64,000 bases of DNA from Lepidodermella squamata (Eukaryota > Animalia > Gastrotricha). The stretch covers positions 4,898,001 through 4,962,000 of the forward strand of contig JBLDXI010000015.1 of the NCBI GenBank assembly GCA_047495785.1. The letters are read 5' to 3'. The translations under genes were made by a program, and so were the position numbers. The notes beneath the pieces were generated by a model, which saw nothing but the letters and a program-made list of their open reading frames with translations, ran no database searches and was not told the origin of the DNA. Positions 61,401-64,000 of this stretch are shown piece after piece; within the stretch, counting starts at the first letter, position 1, and each line of letters begins with the position of its first letter.

Positions 61401-64000
61401 TATAAGCTACAACAGGTAGCGGGGAGCAGTCTACTGGCTGCGGATCCTCTCAGTCAATCAGCCTTTCAATTAGCAAATATATTTGCATAATGCGCGAAAA
61501 TTTCATCTTATACAAGTATCATTTCCGATGGGCTGAAAATGTTTCTGCAGAGCGTTTTGGAATAATTGCTAGATTGGCGAGAATAAATATCTGCCCACAC
61601 AGCCGCTAGCGTATAGAGCCCCAGAAGGCCGGGTGGCCGTGGTTCTGCTCTCCAGCCAATTTGGCCGGCTCTCAAAGCGAGGCGTGCCTAACATATGGCA
61701 ACTACTTATCGTCGTCAACATCATTATTGATACTTTTACAACTTGAATTTTACCCGGTCTCTTAATATTAGCTTGAGATAGTCAGTCAGTCGTGTGTCAC
61801 CAATACTACACACATATTTTATGAGTCTCTGCACAACGACGACAACAGCAACATTGCCGTCTGTTCACTCGCTGCAACTCGCGACGATCACGCAACTAAA
61901 TATAGAGGCGATGGTTGATGTATTCGGCTCATCGGCAATACGATAATAATAATATGGCAATATCCGGCTGAGATGTGATATATTTGGCCTCATAAATATT
62001 CAACGGGTGCACGCAACAACACACGACAGTAGCACGCAGATAGTGGCAAAGCCTTACTAGTGCCGAGTGCTGCGATATTAATGCAATTTACAAGTTTTAT
62101 ACTCGACTCATCCCCATATGCCGACTGTCGTGTCGTCATCATCACTGCCATCTTGTATGACAACTCTACAAACCACGCCCATATCAGTGTTGTTGTAGCT
62201 AAATTCACTCACTTCCAGTTTGTAATATTTTCTGTAAATAATACTCAATGCTCGGCGGCGCTATTTCGCGGATGGCAGCCGGCGAGCCGCGACGAGCACG
62301 TCGATGACAAAAAAACGCCTAGCAAAATATTTTAGCGCCGCTTTTCGCCCAATGACGCTGTATTTCTAATGAAATGAGCGCCACCCCGCGCGTTTTTTTT
62401 CGACTTTTATTATTTATTTAGCTTCCTTTTATACGCATTTTTATGGCTCATCGGCGGAGATAACAACGCGCTTATTTTCATTGGACGGCGCAATCGCACT
62501 TTATATTATTTAGGGAAGTGTTAAAGAAATGAGTCCGCTAAACTATCCGTCTTCCATTTTTCACTCCTCAGGCCAAATGAGCAGTCATTTCGGGTCATGT
62601 CGACGTCGCTCTCGCCTGTCCCAATTCAGCGTGTACTACTTTCATTCAGCCTGGCATATAAGCTAGTTGCGCCATGATTGATGATTAATTTTTAAAAACA
62701 CGTAAATCGTTTGCTTTCGTATTGCGAAAGAAAAGCCTAGAGTTTACACCTCTCGGCTATTATTTATGAGCGTCGCGGAGCCGTCTTTTGCCTATTCCGG
62801 CATTTTGACTGTTGTTGTCGTTATGCTATCAGCGCGACACAAATCAATGGAACTCGCCACCTCTTACTTTTGTTTTACACATTCGCCTTTCTAGAAGAAA
62901 AATTGCTCCTTAATAATTTTAATATTATGTGATTAACGCCGCTTGATTCGCATGGGTTCGGACAACGCACCTACTACACTTGTTGAGTAAAATTTGCATA
63001 AAAAGTTGGCGCTTAACATTAATTAGCTCTATACCTATGACGAATAATTTTTTTATTCTACTTGTTTGTTCAGGTTTCAAGTGAAATGGTGAATGCAGGC
63101 GGCCGCGGTTCGAACAGCAATTTACAATCGCTAGGTTCGGCCGGTGTAAATGGCGCTCTAATGGCGCCGGCCAATGTCACCACGTCGACGGCGTCGGTGA
63201 CGATGGGAAACGGCAACACGTCAGCCTTCACGTCTCAGCACTCAGCCGGTGGCGAGTTTTTCTACTTCGACGACGACCTGCGCGACTTCTCGTCCGCCGG
63301 CGACTCGGCGGCGCAACCGGTGCCCGCTGCTGCCGAGCTCATCGCCGCCGACGTCGACGTCGAGTCGATCGAACGGCTGCTCGAGCGACTACGGCGCGCC
63401 GACATGGCGCACGGCCAGCGCCAGTCGGCCAAGCAACACGACGCCGGCAACGCGGCGGCTTTACAGGCCTTATTAATTGCTCATCGGCAACAGGGTGATC
63501 GAAATTCGTCAGCGGCGCAGCAGCACCAGGGTCTCGTGGCGACGAATAGTAACAAAACGGCGGCGCTGGCACTGTTCGGCGTCGGAGGCCAGTCGAAATC
63601 AGACTCGTGCCTTGCCGGCAGCCGGTCGTCCCCGGACACCTACGGCTTGTTATCAGGGTCGACGGGTAACGGGGAAATCGGCGTCTCCGGCCGGGAGATG
63701 TCCATGTCATGGCCGCTCAACGACTCCGCAATCGTTTTCCGCCAATACCCCCTCTTCGCCGACGACACGGCGCTGATGCTGACCTCGTCGATGCTGGCGA
63801 CGGATCAAAACGTTGCCGCAACCGTGGCCCAGGCTAAATCAGCGGCAGCAGCGGCTGGTGTCACAACGGCAGCGCTGTTACAGGCGCATCGGCGGCAGCA
63901 GCAACAACATCAGTTTCTGCTGCAACAGCAACTTCAGGGCCACGGTCAAGGCGTGACGCTGAGCACGACCGGCTCGATGACGCTCAACAGCGAGCTGATG
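55421..64000 (+). CDS. Large-intron gene encoding a Gln/Ala/Ser-rich protein, probably a regulator; continues beyond the window
   Basis: Exon 55421-55765 (phase-0 donor GTACGT); possible alternative first exon 59005-59466; acceptor at 63074 opening a stop-free phase-0 frame to 64000 (VSSEMVNAGG...QQQQHQFLLQQQLQ). No diagnostic domain in the window. Confidence 0.6.

Noticed and set aside
56000-63000. Short ORFs and trinucleotide runs in the large intron
   Set aside because: No coding signature or domain (apart from 59005-59466); simple low-complexity sequence.

Overview
Animal (bilaterian invertebrate) DNA from a gene-dense genome with mostly 50-60 bp GT-AG introns, so the ORF track fragments most genes; the taxon cannot be fixed from this window. 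Genes, left to right: ebony-like NRPS (5' end outside the window), unknown coiled-coil gene, Nup98-96, an adjacent gene with two GLEBS-like motifs, E2F7/8, an unknown spliced gene, a degenerate Sushi-domain gene, nanos, a low-complexity coiled-coil gene, an SH3 exon, laminin gamma, WASHC3/CCDC53, a MyoD-family bHLH, a Cu/Zn-SOD fragment, partial and full MTAP-like genes, and the 5' part of a large-intron gene running off the right edge. Mobile DNA: a CMC/EnSpm-like non-autonomous element, two decayed Mutator-like elements, two MITEs and a decayed CR1-like LINE. The most striking structure is a ~1.4 kb cassette (34873-36316) of eight different, mutated tRNA genes or half-genes between inverted repeats (inner 56 bp, 53/56 identical), which looks like a tRNA array moved as cargo of a DNA element. 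Other highlights: nanos with a gag-knuckle-spaced second zinc finger, the GLEBS-like gene beside Nup98, and an HFT rather than HFS Nup98-96 cleavage site. All gene models are manual and unverified by transcripts or searches.
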